Source: Candidatus Scatovivens sp.
GTDB taxonomy: Bacteria > Bacillota > Clostridia > TANB77 > CAG-508
Direction of reading: 5' to 3'
Assembly (NCBI GenBank): GCA_045646345.1
Contig: JAZRKN010000009.1
Location: forward strand, 25,355-89,354
Length of the DNA: 64,000 nucleotides
The notes under the pieces were generated by a model, which worked only from the letters and a program-made list of their open reading frames with translations, was not told where the DNA came from and ran no database searches. The position numbers and the translations under genes are program-made. Positions 30,377 to 41,199 of the stretch are shown piece after piece (positions within the stretch are counted from its first letter, which is position 1; every line of letters starts with the position of its first letter).

Positions 30377-31384
30377 TTGACATTTTTAATTAATGCTTTC
30401 AAAATAATATTTTTATTAGGTTTTTTAGTATTTATACATGAAGGTGGTCACTTTCTAGCTGCTAGATTATTTAAAGTAAAAGTAGAAGAATTTTCAATTG
30501 GTTTTGGACCAAAGATATTTACCAAAAAAGGGAAAGAAACACAATATAGTATTGGTTGTATCCCTTTTGGTGGATATGTAAAGATGTTAGGAGAAGAAGA
30601 AAGAAGCGAAGAAGAAGGAGCTTTTAACAAAGCTAGTGTTTTTCATAGAATAATAATTGTTGCTGCTGGAGCAATTGTAAATATTGTTTTTGCAGTAATA
30701 GTATTTTTCTTTCTATCAATTTTTTCAGGTTATAACATTTCGACAACAATTAGTGAAATAATGCCGGAAGCAAGAGAAAATTTAGCAGATATTGAAATTG
30801 GTGATAAAATAATAAAAATAGATAATCAAAAAATAAGATTAAAATCAGATATTTCAAATGCTTTGCTTGGTTCAGATGGATCTGAAGTTAAAGTGATTGT
30901 TGAAAGAGATGGAAAAGAATTAGAATTTGATGTAAAACCAATTGAATATGCAGAAAATACTTATATATTAGGGATTCAAGTTGCTTTATTAGATGCAACT
31001 TGGCAAGAAAAAATTTACTATGGATATTGGGAAACAGTAAATTTTGTTGAGTCAATGTTTAAAACAGTAAAATTATTATTTACAGGAAATATAAAAATAG
31101 ATCAAATGACAGGACCTATTGGAATTTCAGAGATAGTAGTAAAATCAAATGGAATATATAATTTTATATATTTACTTTGTTTAATTTCTTTATCACTAGG
31201 AGTAACCAATTTATTACCAATACCGGCGTTAGATGGAGGAAGAATATTTTTACTAATTATTGAAGGAATTAGGGGAAAAGCACTAAAAGAAGAAATAGAA
31301 TTAGGAATACAATCAGCTGGCTTTTTGCTATTAATTTTACTCTCACTTTATGTGTCTTATAAAGATATTTTAAGAATTTTTTAA
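30377..31384 (+). CDS. rseP: RseP/RasP site-2 zinc metalloprotease
   Basis: HEGGH, PDZ region, NLLPIPALDGG; TTG start after AGGAGG. Confidence 0.93.
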   Translation: MTFLINAFKIIFLLGFLVFIHEGGHFLAARLFKVKVEEFSIGFGPKIFTKKGKETQYSIGCIPFGGYVKMLGEEERSEEEGAFNKASVFHRIIIVAAGAIVNIVFAVIVFFFLSIFSGYNISTTISEIMPEARENLADIEIGDKIIKIDNQKIRLKSDISNALLGSDGSEVKVIVERDGKELEFDVKPIEYAENTYILGIQVALLDATWQEKIYYGYWETVNFVESMFKTVKLLFTGNIKIDQMTGPIGISEIVVKSNGIYNFIYLLCLISLSLGVTNLLPIPALDGGRIFLLIIEGIRGKALKEEIELGIQSAGFLLLILLSLYVSYKDILRIF

Positions 31385-31402
31385 AAGAAAGAGTGAAGAA
31401 TT

Positions 31403-31975
31403 ATGAAATGTAGAATTTGTGGAGCAAAATTAAAAAAAGATGGAGATATATGTACAACATGTTACAAAGAATTCCAAGAAGAGGAAGATCTAAAAAAAGA
31501 TACTAATGAAAGACTAAAAATTAAAAGAAAATATTCTATTAGTTATGAAATCTCAAAATGTACAGAAATAATTATATTAGCAATACTTTCTATAATTTTA
31601 TGTTTGTCAGCAGGAGGAATATTAGAAACATTAGGTGTTGTATTAATATTTGCTGCAATTATTGGAATTGTGCTTTTTATAGATAAAAGATTAGCAATGG
31701 CAACAAAAGCGGTTTTTTATGATAAGAAAACAGTATATACATTTAAATTTTTATTTTTTGATGTAACAAAAGTTGTAAAATATACGGATATTGCTGATGT
31801 TAGATATTTCCAAACACGTAGACAAAAGAAATATGGTTTTGGAGATTTATGCGTATATGCAAAAGGAGTAATACCAGGAGCTGGCTTTTTAAATGGATAT
31901 CAGATTAAAAATATTGAAAATGTAGAAGAAGTATTAAGTCAAATTGGTGAAATTGTAGGACCAATCGAGGAATAA
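31403..31975 (+). CDS. Membrane protein with N-terminal zinc ribbon and bacterial PH-like domain
   Basis: CRIC..CTTC, two TMs, YTDIADVRYFQT.RQKKYGFGDL resembling bPH_2. Confidence 0.65.
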   Translation: MKCRICGAKLKKDGDICTTCYKEFQEEEDLKKDTNERLKIKRKYSISYEISKCTEIIILAILSIILCLSAGGILETLGVVLIFAAIIGIVLFIDKRLAMATKAVFYDKKTVYTFKFLFFDVTKVVKYTDIADVRYFQTRRQKKYGFGDLCVYAKGVIPGAGFLNGYQIKNIENVEEVLSQIGEIVGPIEE

Positions 31976-31990
31976 TGAGAAGAGGAAAAT

Positions 31991-34900
31991 ATGCCAAAAT
32001 ATATAAAAGAAGTTTTCAATGATTATGTGATTGATAATAATTTAATAGAAGCAGAAATTGAGAATATAAATTTATATAAAAAAACGAATAAATTACAAAT
32101 AAAATTAGCATCTTCAAAAGTTATAACTTTGCAAAACATAGAGAGTTTTGAGGAATATTTGGTAAAGACTTTTAAAGTAAATAAGGCTTCTATTGATATA
32201 AATTATAATGATGTAGTAATTGATCAAAATATATCAGAAAATTGGAATAATATAATTAAATATATTGCCAAAAAAGAACCTTTTAGTAAAGCAATTTTAA
32301 CAAATAGTAAAATTGAAATACAAGACTCTGATGTTGTTAAGGTAAAGTTAGCTATGAAAGGTGCTTCTTTTTTAGTTGCTCAAAAATTTGATAAAGGATT
32401 AGAGCATCTATTTAGTAACCTTTATAACAAACAATACGTTGTAGAGTTTATTGAAGATGTTTCGGAAAATTTTGAAAAAGAGTTAATTGAAAGAAGGAAA
32501 CAAGAAGAAAAAGAAGCTTTAATGGAACTTGAAAGACAAGCTTTAATTGAAGTAGAACAAGCAAAAGAAAGAAAGAAACAAGAAAAAGAAGCTGAAAAAG
32601 AAAGAAAACGTGAAGAAGATGAAAAACTAAAAGAAACTTTAAGACAACAAAATCCAGAACTTGCTGCAAAAATTGAAGCTCATCAAAATAAAGACCCTGA
32701 AGTTAAGGACGAAGCATCACCTTTAATTTTAGGTAGAAGCATGATGATAAGAACTGAACTTGTAAAAATAGAAAATATTCCAATGACAGAAGATGCGGAT
32801 ATAAGAGTTTGTGTTGATGGAGAAATTTTAGATGGTTCAATTGATTCGAGAGATATAAAAGATGAAAAAACAATCTTGATGTTTAATCTTTTTGATGGAA
32901 CAAGTACTATTGGTTGTAAAGCTTTCTTGCCTAAAGATAAATTAAAAGAAGTAAAAGGAAGAATTTCATCTGCAAAAGGTTTAAGAATAGAAGGGCAAGC
33001 AAGATATAGTCCATACTCAAAAGAAGTTGAAATTATGGCGAATACAATATTAGAATCAACTGGTTTCAAAAAAGAAAAGAGAATGGATAATAGTGAACAA
33101 AAAAGAGTTGAGCTTCATATGCATACTCAAATGAGCCAAATGGATGCTATTACTCCTTGTAGTGATTTGATAAAAAGAGCAATTTCATGGGGATGGAATT
33201 CAATTGCAATTACAGATCACGGTGTTGTTCAAAGTTTCCCGGATGCGCATAAGCTTTTGGGAAAAGTAGGAGATGTTATTAAAGTTATATATGGAGTTGA
33301 AGCTTATTTCTGTCCAGATAAAGATCCTGCTGTAATAAATTCAAAAGGTCAAGAAATAGATACAGAATATTGTGTATTTGACTTAGAAACAACAGGTTTA
33401 TCACATATAACAGAAAAAATTACAGAGATTGGTATTATAAAAATAAAAAATGGTGAAGTAATTGATACTTTTGAGACATTTGTAAATCCAGAAAAACCAA
33501 TACCACAAGAAGTTGTAGAAGTAACTCATATCACAGATGATATGGTAAAAGATGCAGAAACAATTGATAAAATAATGCCAAAAGTATTAGAGTTTATGAA
33601 AGGTTCTGTTTTAGTAGCTCATAATGCCGATTTTGATATTGGTTTTATGAAATATAATTGTGAGCAATTAGGATTACCTTTTAACTTTACTCATATAGAT
33701 ACACTTCGTTTAGCGAAAGCTATATTCCCAGAATTTACAAGATATAAATTAGGATTTATAGCAGATAAATTAGGTATAAAAGTAGAAGTTGCACACCGTG
33801 CTTTAGATGACGTTAAAACTTTAGTTCAAGTATTTAACGAAATGATTTTAAAAGCTAAAGACAGAGATGCAAAGACGATAGATGATTTTGATAATGTATT
33901 TGAAACTGATTTTAGAAAACTACCAGCATATCATATGATAATTTTAGCAAAAGACTATGTTGGACTAAAAAATCTTTATAAATTAGTATCTTATTCGCAT
34001 TTGGATTATTTCTATAAAAAACCAAGGATATTAAAATCTATGCTTAATCAATATAGAGAAGGGTTAATTATAGGAAGTGCGTGTGAAGCGGGAGAACTTT
34101 ATAGAGCGATTGTTTCGGGAAAATCTGATGAAGATTTAGAAGAAATAGCAAGTTACTATGATTATTTAGAAATTCAACCTTTGGCAAATAATGAATATAT
34201 GATTCGTGAAGGTCAAGTTGAAAGTTGGGATACATTAAGAAACTTCAATAAAAAAATAGTTGAGCTTGGAGAAAAGATGAATAAACCTGTAGTAGCTACA
34301 TGTGATGTTCATTTCATGGATCCTCAAGATGAAGTATATAGAAGAATACTTCAAGCTGGTCAAAAATATGATGATGCAGATAATCAAGCTCCGCTTTATT
34401 TAAGAACAACAGAAGAAATGCTTGAAGAATTTAGTTATTTAGGAGAGGAAAAAGCATTTGAAGTTGTTGTAACAAATACAAATAAAGTTGCGGATATGTG
34501 TGAAAGAATAAGACCTATTTCACCTGAAAAATGTCCGCCACATATCCCGGGATGTGAAGAGGATATTAAAAGAATTACTTTTGAAAAAGCTCATGAACTA
34601 TATGGTGATCCACTTCCAGAAATAATTCAAACAAGGCTAGATAAAGAATTAAATTCTATTATAAATAATGGATATTCCGTAATGTATATTATTGCTCAAA
34701 AGTTAGTTTGGAAATCAAATGAAGATGGATATATAGTAGGTTCCAGAGGATCTGTTGGTTCATCTTTGGTAGCATTTATGACGGGTATTACAGAAGTAAA
34801 CTCACTTCAACCACATTATAGATGTCCAAAATGTAAATATTCTGATTTTACAGATTATGGAATTGGAAATGGATATGATCTTCCGGATAAAGATTGTCCA

Positions 34901-36418
34901 GTATGTGGTGAAAAACTTGCTAAAGATGGAATGGATATACCGTTTGAAACTTTCCTTGGATTTAATGGAGATAAAGAACCTGATATCGACTTAAACTTCT
35001 CAGGAGAATATCAAGCAAAAGCACATAAATATACTGAAGTTATATTCGGAAAAGGTACTACTTATAAAGCTGGAACAGTTGGTACTGTTGCTGATAAAAC
35101 TGCCTTTGGATATGCAAAAAATTATTTTGAAGAAAGAAATATAATAAAACCAAATGCTGAGGTTGCAAGAGTTTCTGCAGGTTGTGTTGGAGTAAAAAGA
35201 ACTACTGGACAACACCCGGGAGGAATCATAGTTGTACCTAAAGGAAGAGAAATTTTTGAGTTTACTCCTGTACAACACCCAGCAGATGATGCAGGTTCTG
35301 ATATCGTAACAACTCATTTTGATTATCACTCAATAGATGCAAATTTATTGAAGCTTGATATTCTGGGTCATGACGATCCGACAGTTATTCGTATGCTTCA
35401 AGATTTGAGTGGAATAGCGCCAACTCAAATTCCACTGGATGATAAAGAAACAATGTCTATATTTAATTCTACAGATGCTCTTGGAGTGACTCCAGAACAA
35501 ATAGGTTCAGAAGTAGGAACTTTTGGGATACCAGAATATGGTACAAAATTTGCTCGAGGGATGCTTGTGGACACTCGTCCAACAACATTTGATGAATTAA
35601 TTCGTTTGTCTGGTTTATCACATGGTACAGACGTATGGCTTGGAAATGCTCAAAGTTTAATTGAAGAAGGAGTGGTTACTCTTAAAGAAGCAATATGCTG
35701 TCGTGATGATATTATGGTTTATTTAATGAAAAGAGGATTACCACCAGATAAAGCATTTAAGATAATGGAAACAGTTCGTAAAGGAAAAGCTTTAAAAGAT
35801 CCTGAAAAATGGGAAGGATTTAAAGCGGTTATGAAAGAGTTTGATATACCAGAATGGTATGTAAAATCTTGTGAGAAAATAAAATACATGTTCCCTAAAG
35901 CCCATGCTGCAGCTTATGTAACAAATGCGTTTAGAATTGCTTGGTTTAAAGTACATATGCCACTTGCTTATTATGCTGCATATTTTACTATTAGAGCAAA
36001 AGCATTTGATGCTGAATTTATGATAAATGGAAAAAGAATTGTAGAAGATAAAATGAAAGAAATTACTGCACTTGGAAACAATGCTGCACCAAAAGATAAA
36101 GACATGTATGATGACTTAGAACTTGTGCATGAAATGTATGAAAGAGGATTAGAATTTTTACCAGTAGATTTATATAAATCGCATAGTACCAAATTCTTAA
36201 TCGAAGATGGAAAACTTCGTCCACCTCTAAATTCAATTGCTGGTCTTGGAAATGTTGCTGCTGAAAGTATTTATGCGGCAAGATGTGAAGAACCATTCGA
36301 ATGTATTGAAGACTTACAAGCGCGTTCTAAGATAGGAAAATCAATTACTGAACTTTTAGAAAAGTTTGGTTGCTTAAAAGGAATGACTAAATCAAATCAA
36401 ATGAGCTTATTTGTGTAA
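31991..36418 (+). CDS. polC: DNA polymerase III PolC-type
   Basis: PHP RVELHMHTQMS, exonuclease VFDLETTG, GSRGSVGSS, KEPDIDLNFSGEYQ. Confidence 0.98.
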   Translation: MPKYIKEVFNDYVIDNNLIEAEIENINLYKKTNKLQIKLASSKVITLQNIESFEEYLVKTFKVNKASIDINYNDVVIDQNISENWNNIIKYIAKKEPFSKAILTNSKIEIQDSDVVKVKLAMKGASFLVAQKFDKGLEHLFSNLYNKQYVVEFIEDVSENFEKELIERRKQEEKEALMELERQALIEVEQAKERKKQEKEAEKERKREEDEKLKETLRQQNPELAAKIEAHQNKDPEVKDEASPLILGRSMMIRTELVKIENIPMTEDADIRVCVDGEILDGSIDSRDIKDEKTILMFNLFDGTSTIGCKAFLPKDKLKEVKGRISSAKGLRIEGQARYSPYSKEVEIMANTILESTGFKKEKRMDNSEQKRVELHMHTQMSQMDAITPCSDLIKRAISWGWNSIAITDHGVVQSFPDAHKLLGKVGDVIKVIYGVEAYFCPDKDPAVINSKGQEIDTEYCVFDLETTGLSHITEKITEIGIIKIKNGEVIDTFETFVNPEKPIPQEVVEVTHITDDMVKDAETIDKIMPKVLEFMKGSVLVAHNADFDIGFMKYNCEQLGLPFNFTHIDTLRLAKAIFPEFTRYKLGFIADKLGIKVEVAHRALDDVKTLVQVFNEMILKAKDRDAKTIDDFDNVFETDFRKLPAYHMIILAKDYVGLKNLYKLVSYSHLDYFYKKPRILKSMLNQYREGLIIGSACEAGELYRAIVSGKSDEDLEEIASYYDYLEIQPLANNEYMIREGQVESWDTLRNFNKKIVELGEKMNKPVVATCDVHFMDPQDEVYRRILQAGQKYDDADNQAPLYLRTTEEMLEEFSYLGEEKAFEVVVTNTNKVADMCERIRPISPEKCPPHIPGCEEDIKRITFEKAHELYGDPLPEIIQTRLDKELNSIINNGYSVMYIIAQKLVWKSNEDGYIVGSRGSVGSSLVAFMTGITEVNSLQPHYRCPKCKYSDFTDYGIGNGYDLPDKDCPVCGEKLAKDGMDIPFETFLGFNGDKEPDIDLNFSGEYQAKAHKYTEVIFGKGTTYKAGTVGTVADKTAFGYAKNYFEERNIIKPNAEVARVSAGCVGVKRTTGQHPGGIIVVPKGREIFEFTPVQHPADDAGSDIVTTHFDYHSIDANLLKLDILGHDDPTVIRMLQDLSGIAPTQIPLDDKETMSIFNSTDALGVTPEQIGSEVGTFGIPEYGTKFARGMLVDTRPTTFDELIRLSGLSHGTDVWLGNAQSLIEEGVVTLKEAICCRDDIMVYLMKRGLPPDKAFKIMETVRKGKALKDPEKWEGFKAVMKEFDIPEWYVKSCEKIKYMFPKAHAAAYVTNAFRIAWFKVHMPLAYYAAYFTIRAKAFDAEFMINGKRIVEDKMKEITALGNNAAPKDKDMYDDLELVHEMYERGLEFLPVDLYKSHSTKFLIEDGKLRPPLNSIAGLGNVAAESIYAARCEEPFECIEDLQARSKIGKSITELLEKFGCLKGMTKSNQMSLFV

Positions 36419-36453
36419 TAGGCTCATTTGATTACAAATGAAAGGAAGAAAAA

Positions 36454-36747
36454 ATGAAAGCATTACTTGGATTAATTAATTGGAAATATGTTTTAATTTA
36501 TTTACTTGCTATAAATGTTATTGGTTTTCTTGCAATGGGAATCGATAAATTAAAGGCAAAAAAAGATTGGTGGAGAATTCCAGAAGGCACTTTAATGACA
36601 ATATGTTTATTGGGTGGAGGAATTGGAACAATTGCTGGTATATATACATTTAGACATAAAACAAAAAAATTAAAATTTACAGTAGGAATGCCAACAATTT
36701 TGATTTCTGAAATTGCTTTAGTGATATATTTGTTTATAAAATATTAA
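36454..36747 (+). CDS. DUF1294 family membrane protein
   Basis: DKLKAKK..WRIPE.TL...GG.IG......FRHKTKK. Confidence 0.9.
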   Translation: MKALLGLINWKYVLIYLLAINVIGFLAMGIDKLKAKKDWWRIPEGTLMTICLLGGGIGTIAGIYTFRHKTKKLKFTVGMPTILISEIALVIYLFIKY

Positions 36748-36822
36748 TACAAAAAATATTGTATTATATTATAAAAAACAGAAGAGGAATATTACATATT
36801 TTATACAAATACAGTAAGTATC

Positions 36823-36850
36823 TTGATTTTTAAACTAGTTGAGATATAAT
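36823..36850 (+). promoter_or_regulatory. Putative sigma-A promoter of the NRPS-HK-RR unit
   Basis: TTGATT-N16-TATAAT, 30 nt upstream of the ATG. Confidence 0.5.
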
Positions 36851-36880
36851 TTTGTTGTAAAATATATTAGGATGTAGAAT

Positions 36881-39800
36881 ATGAAAAAATTAGTTAGTTT
36901 AACATATCCGCAAAAATCAATACTACTTACAGAGAAGTTTTACAAAAATGCTTCTATGAATAATATTTGTGGGACAGCAATTATCGATTCTGTTCTTGAT
37001 TTTGATGCGTTAAAACAAGCAATAAAAGTTGTAATAAAGGAAAATGATGTATTCCATATTCACTTATCTCAAAAGAAAAATGAAGTAAAACAATTTATAT
37101 CATATAATGAAATTACTGATATAGAAATAATAGATATAAAAGATGAATCAGAAGTATACTTAATAGAAGATGCATTGATGGCAAAACAATTTAATTTATA
37201 TGAATCTGATTTATTTGAGTTTAAAATTTTTAGATTTGAAAATGGTGCTGGAGGTTTTTTATTAAACATTCATCACATTATTTCTGATGGTTGGACATTA
37301 GGTTTAACTTGTAGAAAAATTATGAAAGCATATTCAAATATTAAAAATAATGAAAACGGAGAAGAAGAGACTTTTTCGTATATTGATTATGCAAAAAATG
37401 AAGAAGAATATTTTAATAGTTTAAAATTTCAAAAAGATAAAGAATACTGGAATGAATTATTTTCAGAAAATATAAATCCAGCAATTTTACCTTCAGATAG
37501 TTCTGAGAAAAATACAGAATTTTCATGTTTAGGAGAAAGAATGACTTTCTCTATTCCAAAAGCCAAAATGAAAATAATTAATGAATATTGTAGTAAAAAT
37601 AAATTGACTGTATTCAATTTTCTTATGGCAATTTATTCAGTTTATATTTCAAAAATTATTGGTTCAGATGATTTTAGTATTGGAACACCAATATTAAATA
37701 GAACAAATTTTAAAGAGAAAAATATAATTGGTATGTTTGTAAATGTTGTTCCTTTTAAAGTAAAGGTAGAACAATCTGCAGACTTTATTAGTTTTGCAAG
37801 TAATCTTTCAAAAGATACTGTTTCATTATTAAGACATCAAAAATATCCATATCAAATGTTATTAGAAGATTTGAGAAAAAAAGACTCTTCAATTCCAAAT
37901 CTTTATAACGTTGTTTTGTCATATCAATTAACAAAAGCTAACAATGAAACTGAATACAAATATTCAACTAGATGGGCATTCAATAAGAATGTAACTGACG
38001 ATATGACTATTCAATTTTTGGATTTAGATGAACAAGGAATATTAACTGTTTGTTATGATTTTAAAAAATTAAAATATTCAAATGAATATGTGAAAAATAT
38101 GCATTCTAGAATTTTAGAAATGATTAATAAAGTCTTAGAAACAGAAAATATATGTGTAAAAGATATAGAAATCATTACTAAAAATGAAAGAGAAAAACTT
38201 TTAGTTGATTTTAATAATACTGAAGTTAAATATGATAAAAATAAGAATGTAATAAAAACATTTAAAGAAATGGTAAAAAAATACCCAGAGAAAATTGCTA
38301 TAAGCTTTGAAAATAGACAAATGACTTATAAAGAATTGAATCAAAAATCAAATATTTTAGCTAATAGTTTAATTAAAGAAGGAGCAAAAGCAAAAGATAT
38401 AATTGCTATTTGTGTAAATCGTTCTTTGGAATTAGCTATTGGTCTTTTAGCAATATTAAAAGTTGGAGCAGCATATTTACCAATAGATCCAGAATATCCA
38501 GAAGATAGAATTGAGTATATGTTAACAGATAGTAATGCTAAAATGATACTTTCAAATAAGAGAACTCAAAGTGCAATAAATGAAAAAATAAAAATAAAAA
38601 GAATTGATATTGGATTAGAATCTACTGTTTACAATAGAGAAAATATAGAAATTGAAGAAAAAATATTACCAGAAGATTTGATTTATTTGATATATACTTC
38701 AGGTTCTACTGGAAAACCAAAGGGTGTTATGTTAAAACACAAAAATATAATTAATTTCTTACTTGGAACAAAGGAAGTTATTGATTTTAATCCAGAAAAA
38801 ATAATGGTATCAATAACTACAATATGTTTTGATATATTCGTTTTAGAATTTTGGGGTGCATTAACTTCTGGTATGACATTGGTTTTAGCAAATGAAGTAG
38901 AACAAAATAATGCTGTGGCGTTAAATAAACTTTGTTTAGAAAATAAAGTAACTATGATTCAAACCACTCCTTCTAGATTTAAAGCATTACTTGAAAATAA
39001 ATCTGCAACTGAGTTTGTCAAAAAAATGACAGATATTATGGTTGGAGGAGAAGGACTACCAAAAGGTTTGATTGACAAGTTTGAAGGTTTAACTAATGCT
39101 AATATTTTTAATATGTACGGTCCAACTGAAACGGCAGTATGGTCTACTATTAAAAAGGTTAGAAGCAAAGATAAAATTACAATAGGAAAACCGATTGCAA
39201 ATACTAAATGCTATATTTTGGATAAAGATCAAAATATACTTCCAATATATGTTCCAGGGGAATTATATATCGGTGGGGATGGAGTTTCTAGAGGATATTT
39301 AAATAGAGATGAATTAACAAATGAGAAATTCATTAAATCTCCATTTGAAAAAAATGAGATTATTTATAATACAAATGATTTGGCTTATTATACAAATAGT
39401 GGAGAAATAGTTCATTTAGGAAGAACTGATTTTCAAGTTAAAATTAGAGGTTATAGAATTGAGCTTGAAGAAATTGAAAACGAAGTAAATAAGATACCTG
39501 GAATTTTAAATAATGTGGTAGTGGCAGATGAAAATCAAAAATATTTGATTTGTTATTATATATCTAATGAAATTCAAGATACCAATAAAATAACTGCTAG
39601 TCTACTAAAAGAACTTCCTAATTATATGATACCAGCGGTATTTTTCAAGATTGATGAATTTCCACTTACTCCAAATGGAAAATTGGATAGAAAAAAATTA
39701 CCGAAAGTAAAATTAGAAACAACAAATCTTAATGTAGGACAAACAAAGACAGAGAAAATCTTAACTAAAATTATTGCTGAAATTTTAGAAGTAGAAAAAG

Positions 39801-41185
39801 TAGATATAGATACACCTTTTATGGTATTAGGATTAGATTCTTTGGGAATTATTGAGGCGCAAACAATGCTTCTTCAATATAATTACAATTTAAATACACA
39901 AGACTTTTATAAATTTACAACTATAAGAAGTTTGGCTGAAAATATAGACAGTAATTCGAAGAGTGATAAAAATCAAGATTATCAAATACCAGAAAAATTC
40001 AAACATAATATAGAAAAAAATGATTTAGATGATTTGACTAAAGAAAATGATTCACTAGGAAATGTATTTTTGACAGGAGCAAATGGTTTTATAGGAATAC
40101 ATTTGTTAAATGAATTATTAAAAAATACAGAGTCTAAAATTTATTGCTTAGTAAGAGGTAAGAGAGAACAAACTCCAAAAGAAAGATTGATAGAACAATA
40201 CAAATTTTACTTTGGAGAAGATTTATCAAGTTATTTAGAGAGTAGAGTTATTGTTGTTGACGGTTCTATTTCAGAAAATAATATAGGATTAACAGATAAT
40301 GTGATAAAAAAATTAAAAGAAGATGTTTCAACAGTAATACATACAGCAGCTAGAGTAAAACACTATGGAGAATATAAAGAATTTGAAAGAATAAATATTG
40401 ATGGAACAAGAAATGTAGCTGAGTTTTCTTTAGAAAATAATTTTAAACTTATACATATATCTTCAATAAGTGTATCTGGAAATTATCTTGTAAAGCAAGA
40501 TAATAGAGATTTAGATTTTACAGAAAATGATTTATATATAGGACAAAATTATAAAGATAATGTATATGTTAATAGTAAATTCGAAGCGGAAAAAATAGTA
40601 TTAGACTATATGGAAAAAGGATTAGTTTCGCAAATCCATAGAATTGGAATTTTGTCAGGAAGATTTTCGGATGGTAAATTTCAAGAAAATATATCAGAAA
40701 ATGCATTTTATACAAGAATAAAGTCAATGGTTGTTTTAGGATGCGTTTCAAAAGAAATGTTAGAACAAAAAATAGAATTTACACCAGTTGATGTTTGTTC
40801 TAAAGCGATAATAAATCTTGCAAAAACGAATGTTGCAGATAATAAAGTTTTCCATTTATACAATCATAATTTTATTGAAATTAGAGAGATTGTAGAAGGA
40901 TTAAAATCTATTGGAGTTAATATTAAGATTGTTTTTGAAGAGGAATTCCAAAATAAAATATTAGAAATTTCAAAAGGAAAAGATGCTCAAATTTTATTTG
41001 GAATAATAAATGATATAAATAATACAAAAAATTCAAAGATATCTATTGACTATAATTTTTCTGTAAATATAAAATCTGATTACACACAAAAATATTTGAA
41101 AAGTTTAAAAACAGAATGGAATAAGATTGATAAAAAATATATAGAAAAAATTGTAAAATACATGAGAGAAGTTAAGTTTATTTAA
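36881..41185 (+). CDS. Single-module NRPS, C-A-T-R (condensation, adenylation, thiolation, terminal thioester reductase)
   Basis: C: HHIISDG (37271). A: YTSGSTGKPKG, NMYGPTE, GRTDFQVKIRGYRIEL, NGKLDR. T: LGLDSL (Ser 39839). R: TGANGFIG and YVNSK. Confidence 0.95.
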   Translation: MKKLVSLTYPQKSILLTEKFYKNASMNNICGTAIIDSVLDFDALKQAIKVVIKENDVFHIHLSQKKNEVKQFISYNEITDIEIIDIKDESEVYLIEDALMAKQFNLYESDLFEFKIFRFENGAGGFLLNIHHIISDGWTLGLTCRKIMKAYSNIKNNENGEEETFSYIDYAKNEEEYFNSLKFQKDKEYWNELFSENINPAILPSDSSEKNTEFSCLGERMTFSIPKAKMKIINEYCSKNKLTVFNFLMAIYSVYISKIIGSDDFSIGTPILNRTNFKEKNIIGMFVNVVPFKVKVEQSADFISFASNLSKDTVSLLRHQKYPYQMLLEDLRKKDSSIPNLYNVVLSYQLTKANNETEYKYSTRWAFNKNVTDDMTIQFLDLDEQGILTVCYDFKKLKYSNEYVKNMHSRILEMINKVLETENICVKDIEIITKNEREKLLVDFNNTEVKYDKNKNVIKTFKEMVKKYPEKIAISFENRQMTYKELNQKSNILANSLIKEGAKAKDIIAICVNRSLELAIGLLAILKVGAAYLPIDPEYPEDRIEYMLTDSNAKMILSNKRTQSAINEKIKIKRIDIGLESTVYNRENIEIEEKILPEDLIYLIYTSGSTGKPKGVMLKHKNIINFLLGTKEVIDFNPEKIMVSITTICFDIFVLEFWGALTSGMTLVLANEVEQNNAVALNKLCLENKVTMIQTTPSRFKALLENKSATEFVKKMTDIMVGGEGLPKGLIDKFEGLTNANIFNMYGPTETAVWSTIKKVRSKDKITIGKPIANTKCYILDKDQNILPIYVPGELYIGGDGVSRGYLNRDELTNEKFIKSPFEKNEIIYNTNDLAYYTNSGEIVHLGRTDFQVKIRGYRIELEEIENEVNKIPGILNNVVVADENQKYLICYYISNEIQDTNKITASLLKELPNYMIPAVFFKIDEFPLTPNGKLDRKKLPKVKLETTNLNVGQTKTEKILTKIIAEILEVEKVDIDTPFMVLGLDSLGIIEAQTMLLQYNYNLNTQDFYKFTTIRSLAENIDSNSKSDKNQDYQIPEKFKHNIEKNDLDDLTKENDSLGNVFLTGANGFIGIHLLNELLKNTESKIYCLVRGKREQTPKERLIEQYKFYFGEDLSSYLESRVIVVDGSISENNIGLTDNVIKKLKEDVSTVIHTAARVKHYGEYKEFERINIDGTRNVAEFSLENNFKLIHISSISVSGNYLVKQDNRDLDFTENDLYIGQNYKDNVYVNSKFEAEKIVLDYMEKGLVSQIHRIGILSGRFSDGKFQENISENAFYTRIKSMVVLGCVSKEMLEQKIEFTPVDVCSKAIINLAKTNVADNKVFHLYNHNFIEIREIVEGLKSIGVNIKIVFEEEFQNKILEISKGKDAQILFGIINDINNTKNSKISIDYNFSVNIKSDYTQKYLKSLKTEWNKIDKKYIEKIVKYMREVKFI

Positions 41186-41199
41186 ACGGAGGGATACTT

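Noticed and set aside
31991-36418. Intein or insertion in PolC
   Set aside because: Length and domain order are normal; the charged stretch is a linker with no intein motifs.
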